Source: a virus (taxonomy: Duplodnaviria > Caudoviricetes). Taken from it: a stretch of DNA of 45,974 nt. Shown here piece by piece: positions 36,240 through 45,385 of the stretch. How positions within the stretch are numbered: the stretch's first letter is position 1; every line of letters begins with the position of its first letter. The notes under the pieces are model-generated. The model searched no databases. It was not told the origin of the DNA and saw nothing but the letters and a program-made list of their open reading frames with translations. The translations under genes were made by a program, and so were the position numbers. The stretch is from the IMG/VR virus record IMGVR_UViG_3300037851_000266, positions 1 through 45,974 of that record; one strand, written 5' to 3'.

Positions 36240-36778
36240 TTGATCTGATATATCCTCAATCGATCAGAATCCAGCACGACCATTGCGTCATCCATCTCTT
36301 CATTGGCGACCATGCGAACACGCGGCCAATAGTCCACACCTGCTAATTCGTGATCGAGCGGGTACGGCCAATAATCATGAAACAACACAAAGCCGTCCGA
36401 TCGCATGTGCGGCAGCCAGGCGCGACAATCAGCACGTACGCCCTCCTCAGTGTGATCGCCATCAATGAACAGGTAATCTATTTCTCCCCGGAAGGTCAGG
36501 CCAATCTCGCCGCTGTCGCCCTGTATGCGCTTGAGGCGGCTATCCTCATGGTAGCCATGCTCCCGCAGTTGCGCCGCGCCGTGCGACAGGTCAAGATCAA
36601 TGTCGTATAAAATGATGTCACCTACCTCTTCCAGCACGGCGATCACGCTGGTTCCGGCTCCGCTTCCGATGTTGACGCCAATCGGATTACTTCGCAGCCT
36701 GTGACAAACTTCCTTGATCGCCATCACTTCTTTGACGGTGAGATAGCCCTGTCCGATTGCAATATCAAACGCGCTCAT
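36236..36778 (-). CDS. Class I methyltransferase (Methyltransf_24-like)
   Basis: NIGSGAGTS; LFIDGDHTEEGVRAD; LFHDY. Confidence 0.9.
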   Translation of the reverse strand: MSAFDIAIGQGYLTVKEVMAIKEVCHRLRSNPIGVNIGSGAGTSVIAVLEEVGDIILYDIDLDLSHGAAQLREHGYHEDSRLKRIQGDSGEIGLTFRGEIDYLFIDGDHTEEGVRADCRAWLPHMRSDGFVLFHDYWPYPLDHELAGVDYWPRVRMVANEEMDDAMVVLDSDRLRIYQIK

Positions 36779-37427
36779 GAAAATCCCTGCCTGACCATAC
36801 GCGCATACTCGTCACGTAATTCACCACGTCCGCCGCCTGCTCGAAATTTTCGCCGCGTCCATGCAGCACTTTGACCGTTGATCCGGCAAAACCGCCGAAC
36901 CCGAAACGGCAGTTGTATTCAGGCGGCATGATCCAAATCGGAGTATGGCATTCCCACAGCGCCACGCGCAGTGAGCCCTGATCGTTGTCGCCAATCGTCT
37001 CGAATTCATTGATCATCACATCCAGCCAGCGCGAAAACAACAGCCGCACGTCAAAAGTGCGCGTATAGCCCAGTACGCCGGTATTCAGTTCGGGAAACGC
37101 CTCCGGGATCGGGTACGGCGTCGGGCATGTCCAGCGAGCAGGCGCATGAACACCTGCCAACGGGTAGACATTCAGCACTTCGTACACGTCCGGTATCGGT
37201 TCGACCAGCCATGTATCCGAATCAAAGAAAACGAATTGATCAAAATCCATGTCCAACGTTTGCAACAACGCCGCGATATAGTTAGCATACCAACCCGCGT
37301 GCGTGCGCGTGGGCATAAGCGTGATCATCTCAATATCCGGCATGAGCGCGTGAAAGCGTTCTTGCGATGTGCGCTTCTCGTGTTCGTGCGCGTGGTCAAT
37401 TACCCACACGGCGGCTTTGTCAGTCAT
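36765..37427 (-). CDS. GT-A glycosyltransferase (GT8-like)
   Basis: FFDSDT, LNTGV, NDQGSLR, PPEYN, VLHGR. Confidence 0.85.
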   Translation of the reverse strand: MTDKAAVWVIDHAHEHEKRTSQERFHALMPDIEMITLMPTRTHAGWYANYIAALLQTLDMDFDQFVFFDSDTWLVEPIPDVYEVLNVYPLAGVHAPARWTCPTPYPIPEAFPELNTGVLGYTRTFDVRLLFSRWLDVMINEFETIGDNDQGSLRVALWECHTPIWIMPPEYNCRFGFGGFAGSTVKVLHGRGENFEQAADVVNYVTSMRVWSGRDFHERV

Positions 37428-38746
37428 GTTATCCGCCTCAGTATCAGCACGCCCGGATCGTCGCGTTCTATTTCAAATTCGCCGCGCCCGTTCTCGTATT
37501 CCAACACGTCACGACTGCCCAGCCTTTGATCGAATGTGTCACGGATCAGCGCCCGCCCGCGTATCCGATCGCGCCAGATTTGCCAGTCTTTCAGCAGGCG
37601 GCCCGCGCTAGAAATGTCCCAAAACCACAGTCCGATCGGACTGTTTTGCTGCACCGCCGCCGCCCACGAGTCGCGGTAAACGGGAATGGATTGCACCCCG
37701 GCCTTGCGCGTGTTCAGCAGATAATCAGAGCGAGCTTGTGCATCATAGATGTTATTGGCCCAATCTAGATGATCGGCATAATCATCTACCGACTTGACGT
37801 GGTTGCCTGATCGCCAGCCTAGTGCGATCGCCGTGCGGCCCCGACCCGCCCCGACTTCTACAATGTCGCCTGTCACGTTGTCACTCAGGCGGTAGAGTGT
37901 CCGGCATAGCTCCTCCCCGGTATCCGTCATGGTATAGAGTGCGTTCAGCATTTCCAGCAAACCGCGCTCGTCATGCTCCTGATAGTCGCACCACCACAGC
38001 GGGTTTGTTTCGTAACCTAAAGCTAGAATATGATCGTTGAACAGTTGAAACGCCATTCGTTTTTGCTCGGCAGTAAACACATTGCGCCAATCACCGACGA
38101 TACCCTTTCGCATGTTGGCTCTTTGGATGCCCTTGCCATGCGGCATGTTCTCGCCGTCGCGTTCGATCTGTTCCTTGCGTGCCAGAAACGATTGGCGCTC
38201 GATCACTTCGCCTAGATCATGCTCCGGCTTGAGGCCGAACAGGTTCAGTAAACGTTGCATCTCTTTCGCCGGATCGGCGTGCAGCCATTCATAGCGACTT
38301 TCGACATGCGACTGTGTTGTGTCACGCCACGCTTCGATATACTTGCGCCAACTCGTACCCCACAAAGGATGTTCGCCTTTTGCCATGAGGCCACACAGAG
38401 TCACGTCAATATTGAATCGGCCCCAATAAGCGTCAATCGACACGGCAACATCACGCGGATCGCGGATGATATGAATGACGTGTTCCCCGTTGTATTGGCG
38501 CGGATTGATCCTCCATTGTGACGCGATGAAGCCGGGGTTATGCTCCTCGTCTATATCTTCATCAGGGATCAAGTGCAACTGCTGAATAATGCCACGCCCG
38601 GCCCCGCGCTCTTCGCCCTCAGCGGCCAACGGTACGGCGTTACCGATTCCGCGAATAGGCCGATTAAGCACATCGCCCATCAATCGGGATAGCCAGGTAT
38701 TCCCCGACTTCGGAAAACCTGCGATGATGACATCACCCCTGGGCAT
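37424..38746 (-). CDS. PAPS-dependent sulfotransferase fused to a methyltransferase
   Basis: 5'-PSB FPKSGNTW, 3'-PB IRDPRDVAVS, RKGIVGDWRN; C-terminal VEVGAGRGRTA. Confidence 0.92.
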   Translation of the reverse strand: MPRGDVIIAGFPKSGNTWLSRLMGDVLNRPIRGIGNAVPLAAEGEERGAGRGIIQQLHLIPDEDIDEEHNPGFIASQWRINPRQYNGEHVIHIIRDPRDVAVSIDAYWGRFNIDVTLCGLMAKGEHPLWGTSWRKYIEAWRDTTQSHVESRYEWLHADPAKEMQRLLNLFGLKPEHDLGEVIERQSFLARKEQIERDGENMPHGKGIQRANMRKGIVGDWRNVFTAEQKRMAFQLFNDHILALGYETNPLWWCDYQEHDERGLLEMLNALYTMTDTGEELCRTLYRLSDNVTGDIVEVGAGRGRTAIALGWRSGNHVKSVDDYADHLDWANNIYDAQARSDYLLNTRKAGVQSIPVYRDSWAAAVQQNSPIGLWFWDISSAGRLLKDWQIWRDRIRGRALIRDTFDQRLGSRDVLEYENGRGEFEIERDDPGVLILRRIT

Positions 38747-39449
38747 GATCAGGAACCCATCCTTGTTCTAGGATGTATTGCACATCTTCGACGTTCATCG
38801 CATTACTCGGCGTCTGATAGCCGCCGTCCGGCTGAAACTTTCCCTTTTGTACGGCGATGGTATAGCGCAGCGGCCCTTGACGTGTGCCTAGCACAAGCGC
38901 GCCTAGATTCCGCAAACGCTCATCGCCGCGAATCTCTGATTGCCACGGCGTCTCATGCGGCTCTATGCAATTGAGTAATGTTGAACGCCGCCACAATGAC
39001 GCCTGATAACTGAAATGGTAGGGCGAAAGCGGATCGCTTTGGATCACGTCCAGATAGCCGATCTTGGTATAGTCGGTAATGCCCCGCGCAAATAATCGAT
39101 CGGAGCAAATGTCGAAGCGGCCAACCTCCGGGTGTTCGTGCATGTACAACTCACACCATCGAATCGCATCGTGATCAACCATGCGATTGATCCAATAGTC
39201 ATCCATCATAAGGCAGATAATTTCATCAGGCATATCCAACAAGGCCGCGATCAGATCGGTTGTCCATTCTTCTACCGGCTGAAACGGGCCGATCGATTTC
39301 CAGGTGAAATTATCCGGCAACTCAAACGGCAGCGGCGAATTGCCGAACACCATCACCGGCGTATCCTCTGACCAATAGCGCCGGAATAGATAAGCAAACG
39401 GGCGCAATGACCACGAGGTTTTATCGGACGAATAGATAAAGATTCGCAT
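38733..39449 (-). CDS. Putative GT-A glycosyltransferase
   Basis: LMMDDYW DxD-like motif; QASLWR...PWQSE. Confidence 0.7.
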   Translation of the reverse strand: MRIFIYSSDKTSWSLRPFAYLFRRYWSEDTPVMVFGNSPLPFELPDNFTWKSIGPFQPVEEWTTDLIAALLDMPDEIICLMMDDYWINRMVDHDAIRWCELYMHEHPEVGRFDICSDRLFARGITDYTKIGYLDVIQSDPLSPYHFSYQASLWRRSTLLNCIEPHETPWQSEIRGDERLRNLGALVLGTRQGPLRYTIAVQKGKFQPDGGYQTPSNAMNVEDVQYILEQGWVPDHAQG

Positions 39450-39505
39450 AAGTGCTAGAGTAGGGGCGACCTATGCCGCCCCTTTCAAGATATTCAGATT
39501 GACTG

Positions 39506-40951
39506 TTATGGCGTGTAGAACGATCCATAACCCGCATAGGTGCTGCGCCCGCCGTCCACAAAGAACGAGGTGTTGCTCGGATTCCAGTCGCGTTCGTGTG
39601 CAACCGGCGTATACAGCAGGTTGGTCAAACGTGCCGCCAGATATGGCGTTTCCAGAATCAGGCGCGGCTTAGTCCAGCCGACGACTTTGATGCACAGATT
39701 CAGCGGCGGCTGCGAGTGCCACAGATAGCGCCCGCCGCCGGTCGTGGCGTAATACGACTGATAACCCAACGCCTGCGCTGCCTGCATTGCAGCAAACGGC
39801 CCGTCAAAACTGAAATACTGCATTCGTGTGACTGACCGGCCCCGCGCCATGATCGGTACGAAGTACATGTCGGATCGGAACGATGATCCTGCCAGATTCG
39901 TTTCAGCAATGCCGTCATCCAGAATGACGCGCACTTTCACGCCGTCGATCAAGAGGTATTGCCCGGTGCGCTGGTACAGATCACCGCGCATCTCATCGCG
40001 CATTTTGATCAGTTCTGCCGTGGTCGTCTGGCTTGTGCTGCTGGCGCTGAAGTCACCGCTATTCAAACAGCGGTAGGTCATATACGCACACGGCCACACC
40101 TCCGACAACTGGTAGAACAGCGTCGGGCGCATACAGATCACCCATTCGACGGGAGCCATGCCCGTCATGGCCGCGATGATATTCAAGCGGCGCATGATGT
40201 TGGCAATGCGCGAAACCAGAACTCCGCCGTTAGTTTCCACAGCCAGCGATCCGAACGATTCAACGATCGAATCAGCCGCCGGGCAGGCCACTTGCGTGAT
40301 CGCATCGGCATAGCCGGTATTGATCAGCTGATCGAGGCCGCGATAGAACTGCCGTCCATCGCCGGTGTTGTTGGTCGGGTTGCCGCTGTAGATGTCAGCC
40401 GCCTGATCACGCAACAGCGCCACAGCAACTTCATACATGGCTTTCTTGTAGCCAGCCCGCAAAAAATCAGCCGTGCCGCCCGGAACCAACGCGCCAGAGT
40501 CTTGCACTTGCGGCCCTGCGAATGGATCGCCGATCAGCATGTGGTCAAGGAACTCGCCACGATTCACCACCTCCCCGAATTGGTCAAGCCTCATTTCGGT
40601 AGACGTGCGTCCGAACCAACCCCATACATAGGAGTGTGTACAGAGTTTCAGCAGACCCGCACTGGGCGGGTCATCACAGCGATTTGATGCTTCACTGCCG
40701 CTCGACGCTGTGACGCCGGTCAGAATGCCATACAATGGGCTTTGTTCGTTGCTCATCTCAAGCGGGAGTTGGTTGATCAAGCCCGTCCCCGGCAGCATCA
40801 TGGCGTTCATGATCTCGCGTGAGAGGCCGAACGGAGATAACAGGCCGCCCGCGCCGTGAGCTTGCACATTGCCCGGCGTGCCGGTTGGCGCTTTATAGGC
40901 GGCGATCAATTCGCCTGCCAGTTGTTTATAATCAATGTCAGTCATAGCCAT
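39506..40951 (-). CDS. Major capsid protein
   Basis: 481 aa after protease/scaffold; 'IYSGNP...FYRGLDQLI' HK97-like motif. Confidence 0.85.
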   Translation of the reverse strand: MAMTDIDYKQLAGELIAAYKAPTGTPGNVQAHGAGGLLSPFGLSREIMNAMMLPGTGLINQLPLEMSNEQSPLYGILTGVTASSGSEASNRCDDPPSAGLLKLCTHSYVWGWFGRTSTEMRLDQFGEVVNRGEFLDHMLIGDPFAGPQVQDSGALVPGGTADFLRAGYKKAMYEVAVALLRDQAADIYSGNPTNNTGDGRQFYRGLDQLINTGYADAITQVACPAADSIVESFGSLAVETNGGVLVSRIANIMRRLNIIAAMTGMAPVEWVICMRPTLFYQLSEVWPCAYMTYRCLNSGDFSASSTSQTTTAELIKMRDEMRGDLYQRTGQYLLIDGVKVRVILDDGIAETNLAGSSFRSDMYFVPIMARGRSVTRMQYFSFDGPFAAMQAAQALGYQSYYATTGGGRYLWHSQPPLNLCIKVVGWTKPRLILETPYLAARLTNLLYTPVAHERDWNPSNTSFFVDGGRSTYAGYGSFYTP

Positions 40952-40954
40952 TCC

Positions 40955-42526
40955 TCATTTCTTGATGCCCATCAGTTGATCGATCACGCTGTCAAGCGTG
41001 CCGACTTCCGGGGCTGATTTGGTGTTGATCTCTTTCAAGATCGTCATGTCACTGAGTGAAGCACGAAAGCCGCCTTGCAGCCCGCGTGGTACATCACCCT
41101 TTAATTCCTTGACATCAGCGGCGATCTGATCGATGGTCGCTTTCAGGCCCGCTTCTTTCTCGGCGGTTTCTTTCGCGCCCGCTTTCATCTTCTCTTCGAT
41201 CATTTTCTCAAAGCGTGGCGCGAAAGCCTTGTACATCTTCTCGGTGATCGCCTCTTTGTCGTCATCGTCATCCAAACCAAAGGCTTTCATCAAGCCACTG
41301 CTGCCATGCGCGGGTACAGCAGTCGGTTCGCCGCTTAGCGCTTTAGCCGTGACTTCCGGCGCGGGTGTTTCCGGCGTGGGCTCTGCCGGTTTTTCCTCCT
41401 TGTACTTCAAACCGCGATCATCGGCGGCTTTCTCAGTCGCTTCGGCTTGCTTGATAATGCTTTCCGCCAGCGCGGGATCGCCAAGCAGCGCCGCAAGTGC
41501 GTCCTGTTTTTCCTTGCTCGTTGCCATATCCTGATCTCCTTTGACGGTTAGCGCCGTCAACGAATTGGAAGCCTTGCCGCGTGGGAGCAGGCTCCGTTCA
41601 AATTCCACGATGTTCTGATAGACACCCTCGTTATCCGGTTCGTCACGCGGATGGAAAAATCCGATGCTGCCCGCGAGCGTGTCAGCGCGTTCTTTAACAG
41701 CCGCGCCAATCTGTTCACTTCGGAATGTACCCGACTCAATCAAGACGCGCCCGCTCATGGCGCGGTAGTCGCAATCGCCAATATCCGCCCCGCTGCCTGC
41801 TGACAGGCCAATCGGATCAGGCGCGCCCATGTGCCACCAACGCAACGGCCCATATGGTGCGCTTTCCTTGTCGGTGCGTGCTACGTCTGCTTCAAGCGCT
41901 TTCTGGCTGACAATTTCCCTGTCACTATCCTGAAATGCATTGCTTGAAAACAGAACCCAACGTAAGCGCCCGTCAGCCTCTTTCATCACCATCGGGCAGG
42001 ATGCACCGTTCAGCACGGCTAGATCGTGTATCTGCTGCAGCCGGTCGCCGTCCGGCGATGAGTTGCGGCGGCCCTCTTTGTTGCCAGCGAACAAGGCCAG
42101 CACTCGATCAATCACGCTCGGCTTCGTCGGCTCCGGCTCTTGAGTTTCCTTCGTCGCGGGTGTATCCATCTTCTCTGCCTCGTACAGTTTCTTGAGTTTG
42201 TCTAATGCGTTGCCCTTATCCGGCCCCTCATATTTGTTGCCCCGGTAGCCATCGTGCAGCGCCGCCCACGCCGCGCCCATCAGCACATGATCGGGCGTGC
42301 CGTTTTTCTTGACTTGCAGATGCCATGTGGTAGGCGCTTCGCTGTCCTCAACAATGAGATAATCGCCAGGGTCTTTCGTCGCCTCTTTCTTTGCGTCCGG
42401 CACATTGGCATACAACGCCTTGAGCTGCGCTAACGCCTGCTTGCGTGTCGGGTGTGTGCCGATGATTTTGCCCGCGTCGTCAACGACCTCGAATTTTCCC
42501 GCCTCGCTGGTTATATGATAGGGCAT
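40955..42526 (-). CDS. Prohead protease / scaffold fusion
   Basis: SNAFQDSDREIVS..AL...LRWWH, SIGF, FERSLLP...ASN; charged helical C-terminus. Confidence 0.8.
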   Translation of the reverse strand: MPYHITSEAGKFEVVDDAGKIIGTHPTRKQALAQLKALYANVPDAKKEATKDPGDYLIVEDSEAPTTWHLQVKKNGTPDHVLMGAAWAALHDGYRGNKYEGPDKGNALDKLKKLYEAEKMDTPATKETQEPEPTKPSVIDRVLALFAGNKEGRRNSSPDGDRLQQIHDLAVLNGASCPMVMKEADGRLRWVLFSSNAFQDSDREIVSQKALEADVARTDKESAPYGPLRWWHMGAPDPIGLSAGSGADIGDCDYRAMSGRVLIESGTFRSEQIGAAVKERADTLAGSIGFFHPRDEPDNEGVYQNIVEFERSLLPRGKASNSLTALTVKGDQDMATSKEKQDALAALLGDPALAESIIKQAEATEKAADDRGLKYKEEKPAEPTPETPAPEVTAKALSGEPTAVPAHGSSGLMKAFGLDDDDDKEAITEKMYKAFAPRFEKMIEEKMKAGAKETAEKEAGLKATIDQIAADVKELKGDVPRGLQGGFRASLSDMTILKEINTKSAPEVGTLDSVIDQLMGIKK

Positions 42527-42527
42527 A

Positions 42528-43028
42528 TTATTCTCCTAGATCATGATCGAGCATTAGCACCGCCGCCGCGCAGCCCTCGGCAAATTGCGCCCGCGCCGCG
42601 AGTTCGCTCATCTGCGCTTCGACACTTGTCTGATGCTTTAAGCAGCATAGCAAGAACTGACAGGTCTGCGGATCGTCCGCATCAACCGCCAGATCATATA
42701 AGGTCTTAAGTGATTCTGTATTCATTTGTTCGCGCATCAGCGCATAGGCGAACAGCACTCGCGCCGCCGTCAGCATGTCAGCTTGCGGCGGATCGATCAG
42801 CGGGAGCGCATCAAGCACCGGGAAGCCATACCGATCAAGCACATAGCCGCGCAATTTGTCGGCCTGTTCTGCTTTCTGACATGACAAGCTGTCGGCAAAA
42901 TGCGCCAGGCCCGGCAGATTCAGAAACGAGAAGCGGTTGCTAATCGCCTCATATAACGCGCTGCTCTGGCGCTCTGTCGTGTATTGCCTATTCAATGCAT
43001 CGCGTACAACCGGATCAAGTGCTGGCAT
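42528..43028 (-). CDS. Non-heme ferritin (FtnA-like) with degenerate ferroxidase centre
   Basis: ALNRQ..TE..SS.LY, LPGLAHF, YV.DR, ALMREQ..T, D..T.QFL...HQ...E, LMLDHDLG are colinear with ferritins; GAGGTG RBS. Confidence 0.88.
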   Translation of the reverse strand: MPALDPVVRDALNRQYTTERQSSALYEAISNRFSFLNLPGLAHFADSLSCQKAEQADKLRGYVLDRYGFPVLDALPLIDPPQADMLTAARVLFAYALMREQMNTESLKTLYDLAVDADDPQTCQFLLCCLKHQTSVEAQMSELAARAQFAEGCAAAVLMLDHDLGE

Positions 43029-43039
43029 ATTCACCTCAA

Positions 43040-43084
43040 AAACGCAAAAGCCCGATCGTGATTTCTCACTGATCGGGCTTGCTT
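43040..43084 (-). terminator. Intrinsic terminator-like hairpin directly before the ferritin RBS
   Basis: Minus strand AAGCCCGATC...GATCGGGCTT followed by TTGCGTTTTT. Confidence 0.7.
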
Positions 43085-43183
43085 TTCCCGCCGCGCTGTT
43101 TTGGGCAGCGCGGTATTGATTTGCACCGGGTACGCTTCCGGTCTAGGTCGTGCTCAAGGCGAGCCTAGCGATTAGGTAATCTC

Positions 43184-43203
43184 ATTATAGCACGACTGTC
43201 AAG
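43184..43203 (-). promoter_or_regulatory. Capsid-operon promoter, short-spacer type
   Basis: Minus strand CTTGACA-gtcgtgc-TATAAT. Confidence 0.65.
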
Positions 43204-43405
43204 CATTCCGCGCCTCGATGATCATTTCCTCGATCGTCTTGAGGTGCTTGCCATTGCAGTATTCCGGCCCCCGCGCCGCCCATAGCGTCATGCTGTCCGA
43301 GTCCACAATACACATGCCGCGCAACTGGCGCAAGCGGGCAAGTAATTTCAACTCAGCAGCGGTTGGAATGAGATCGGCGTAGTAGACGGGTGACGGTTCG
43401 CTCAT
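43199..43405 (-). CDS. Small hypothetical protein, possible regulator
   Basis: 68 aa, TAATG overlap, GGAG RBS. Confidence 0.65.
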   Translation of the reverse strand: MSEPSPVYYADLIPTAAELKLLARLRQLRGMCIVDSDSMTLWAARGPEYCNGKHLKTIEEMIIEARNA

Positions 43406-43884
43406 TATAACTCCACTCCTGCGCCATAGGACGCATCAGATAATGCCTTTCGCATCCGACCAGCCGCCCGCGCCTGAACGCGCCGCATGATAATGTCTGT
43501 GAAGTTCCGCGCCTGAATGCCGGGGCGCGGGTGCTTGCGCGAGACGAACAGCATTCGGCCAGCGCCGTTATAGGACGCGATGACGCCGAGCTTTGTCTTG
43601 CTCTTCCAGTCTTTCGACATCGTGGCATACCTGACACGAGTACCACGATTGATCCATTCAAACGGATATTCGGGTTCAACCGTGATCCCGTAACCGTGAT
43701 ATGCCTTACGCGCCGCAAAACGCGGTTGGTGCTGCCACGTCCTGACCGTCTTTTCAAACAGCGGCAATGCGTCATCAACAATGATCGCTTTCGTCGCCTT
43801 GTCGATGACGCCGGGGAGTTGTTTCGCCATGCGTTTATACCGCGCCGATACTTTGCCGATGTTGGAGGTGATTTGAGTTTTCAT
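43405..43884 (-). CDS. HK97 gp10-like neck / tail completion protein
   Basis: Basic; 'WINRGTR', 'HPRPGIQARNF' motifs. Confidence 0.75.
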   Translation of the reverse strand: MKTQITSNIGKVSARYKRMAKQLPGVIDKATKAIIVDDALPLFEKTVRTWQHQPRFAARKAYHGYGITVEPEYPFEWINRGTRVRYATMSKDWKSKTKLGVIASYNGAGRMLFVSRKHPRPGIQARNFTDIIMRRVQARAAGRMRKALSDASYGAGVEL

Positions 43885-44555
43885 CGTGTCCAGCGTTTGC
43901 CCTTGTCGTCTATCAAGTAATGCTGGCAGTTGTAGCCGTGGCATTCAAAATCACGCGACGGGGGATAGCCGATCGCCAACCACTTTTTAGCAGAGTAGCG
44001 TTTGCCCTTGCGCTTCCGACAATCGCTACAGGATTCATTTCCATCTTCACCGACCATCGTCAACATGAGCGCGCCAGCCCCGCGCATCCTGCCTTCACTA
44101 TACACCATGTCGAGGCTGTTCGTGTAGGCGTCGGCGTGATCCTGCGCCAGTTCTTTCAATTCATCACGAGTCAAGTCCGATTGCTTCGCCTCACGCAACG
44201 TCACGAATAGCGATTTGATGTAGCCGATCTCTTCCTCGGTGCGGGCGTTGATCCAATCCAGATCAGGACTATCGCCGGTCAGGTCTTTCTCAGAACCGCC
44301 CGCCTGCGTATAACCCAAGACAAACACACTGTAGAATCGCTCGATCATCTCTTTGCTAAACTCGTTGCGGGCGGCTACCAGATTATCGCCCTGTGTGAGA
44401 TAGCCGTTCATTGCGCCGAAGATGTTGATCATGTAACTCTTGCGCTGCGCGGGATAGGCGCGGGAATCTTTGACCGACATACCGTAACGCTGCGCCAAAT
44501 AGTCAACCGCCCGCGAGAGGGCAGAGGCTAATGATTGCTGTGCTGTGTCAGTCAT
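43881..44555 (-). CDS. Minor head protein (MuF/SPP1 gp7-like)
   Basis: C-terminal CSDC...PP...ECHGYNCQH. Confidence 0.7.
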   Translation of the reverse strand: MTDTAQQSLASALSRAVDYLAQRYGMSVKDSRAYPAQRKSYMINIFGAMNGYLTQGDNLVAARNEFSKEMIERFYSVFVLGYTQAGGSEKDLTGDSPDLDWINARTEEEIGYIKSLFVTLREAKQSDLTRDELKELAQDHADAYTNSLDMVYSEGRMRGAGALMLTMVGEDGNESCSDCRKRKGKRYSAKKWLAIGYPPSRDFECHGYNCQHYLIDDKGKRWTR

Positions 44556-45385
44556 AGGAGCATCGCCAATGCAAAGAACTCTAAGATCAACTCGTCATCT
44601 TCGCTGTCAGTCGAGATGGGCATTTGAGCAAGCCGCCAGAAGTAATTGCTAAAGACGCCTTGCTCCAGTTCTATCTCAGGTTCATCAACGACGCTGATAC
44701 CGCTGCCCAAACACAACAGCACGCCGCTGCCCGCGTCCTCGTAGACTGTGCCGCCTGCGTGTTCAACTTCATCAGCGCCGCTTCCGATACCAACTGCAAT
44801 ACCAATACTAGCATCAACGTACTCAACCGCATCGACGCCGGACGCGACACCAACCGCAAAACCTGACCCAACATCTGCCCTATCGACCGCATCAGCGCCC
44901 GCTGCAATGCCAACCGTGATACCAGCGCCTGCATCTATCCTCTCCGTCGCATCAAGGCCGCTGCCACTACCGATCGATACGCCCCGACCGGCGTCTACTC
45001 GCTCGACTGCATCAGCGCCCGCTGCAATGCCAACCGTGATACCAACGCCAGCGTCTATCCTCTCCGTCGCATCAAGGCCGCTGCCGCTGCTAATTGATAT
45101 ACCCCGGCCTGCATCTACTCGCTCGACTACCTCCGCGCCGCTGGCCGCGCAGATCGCAATGCCCTTGCCTGTGTCGGTGTAGGTCGTGCCGCCTGTTGGC
45201 AGAAATTCAAAATCGACAGTGTTAAAATCAGGCAGCGTATAAGCAACCAGCGCAAAATCAACCTCATCCAGCGCGGGCACTGAGTAAACAGTCAATGCGC
45301 TCTGATACGGCGTGATCACCGCAGGCGTGAACGCCGTAAGCGCAAAATCAACCTCATCCAGAGCGGGCGGTGTGTAGATTGGCAT
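44552..45385 (-). CDS. Repeat-containing structural protein (about 20-aa Gly/Ala repeats)
   Basis: DAG.G....(S/A)G.D..E repeats; N-terminal PALDEVDFAL twice; acidic-hydrophobic C-terminus EDDELILEFFALAMLL. Confidence 0.75.
   Translation of the reverse strand: MPIYTPPALDEVDFALTAFTPAVITPYQSALTVYSVPALDEVDFALVAYTLPDFNTVDFEFLPTGGTTYTDTGKGIAICAASGAEVVERVDAGRGISISSGSGLDATERIDAGVGITVGIAAGADAVERVDAGRGVSIGSGSGLDATERIDAGAGITVGIAAGADAVDRADVGSGFAVGVASGVDAVEYVDASIGIAVGIGSGADEVEHAGGTVYEDAGSGVLLCLGSGISVVDEPEIELEQGVFSNYFWRLAQMPISTDSEDDELILEFFALAMLL
44883..45128. repeat. 120-bp imperfect tandem duplication
   Basis: gcatcagcgcccgctgcaatgccaaccgtgatacca at 44889 and 45009; ctatcctctccgtcgcatcaaggccgctgcc also recurs at +120. 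Confidence 0.9.

Noticed and set aside
39959-40687. 242-aa plus-strand ORF and similar long antisense ORFs across the late arm
   Set aside because: Shadows of GC-rich structural genes, lacking RBS or motifs.
39506-43028. Encapsulin nanocompartment operon
   Set aside because: The shell gene sits in a full phage morphogenesis module with portal, terminase, protease and tail; only the analogy is kept.
43085-43180. tRNA gene
   Set aside because: Hairpins are serial rather than a cloverleaf, and there is no T-loop GTTCRA motif.
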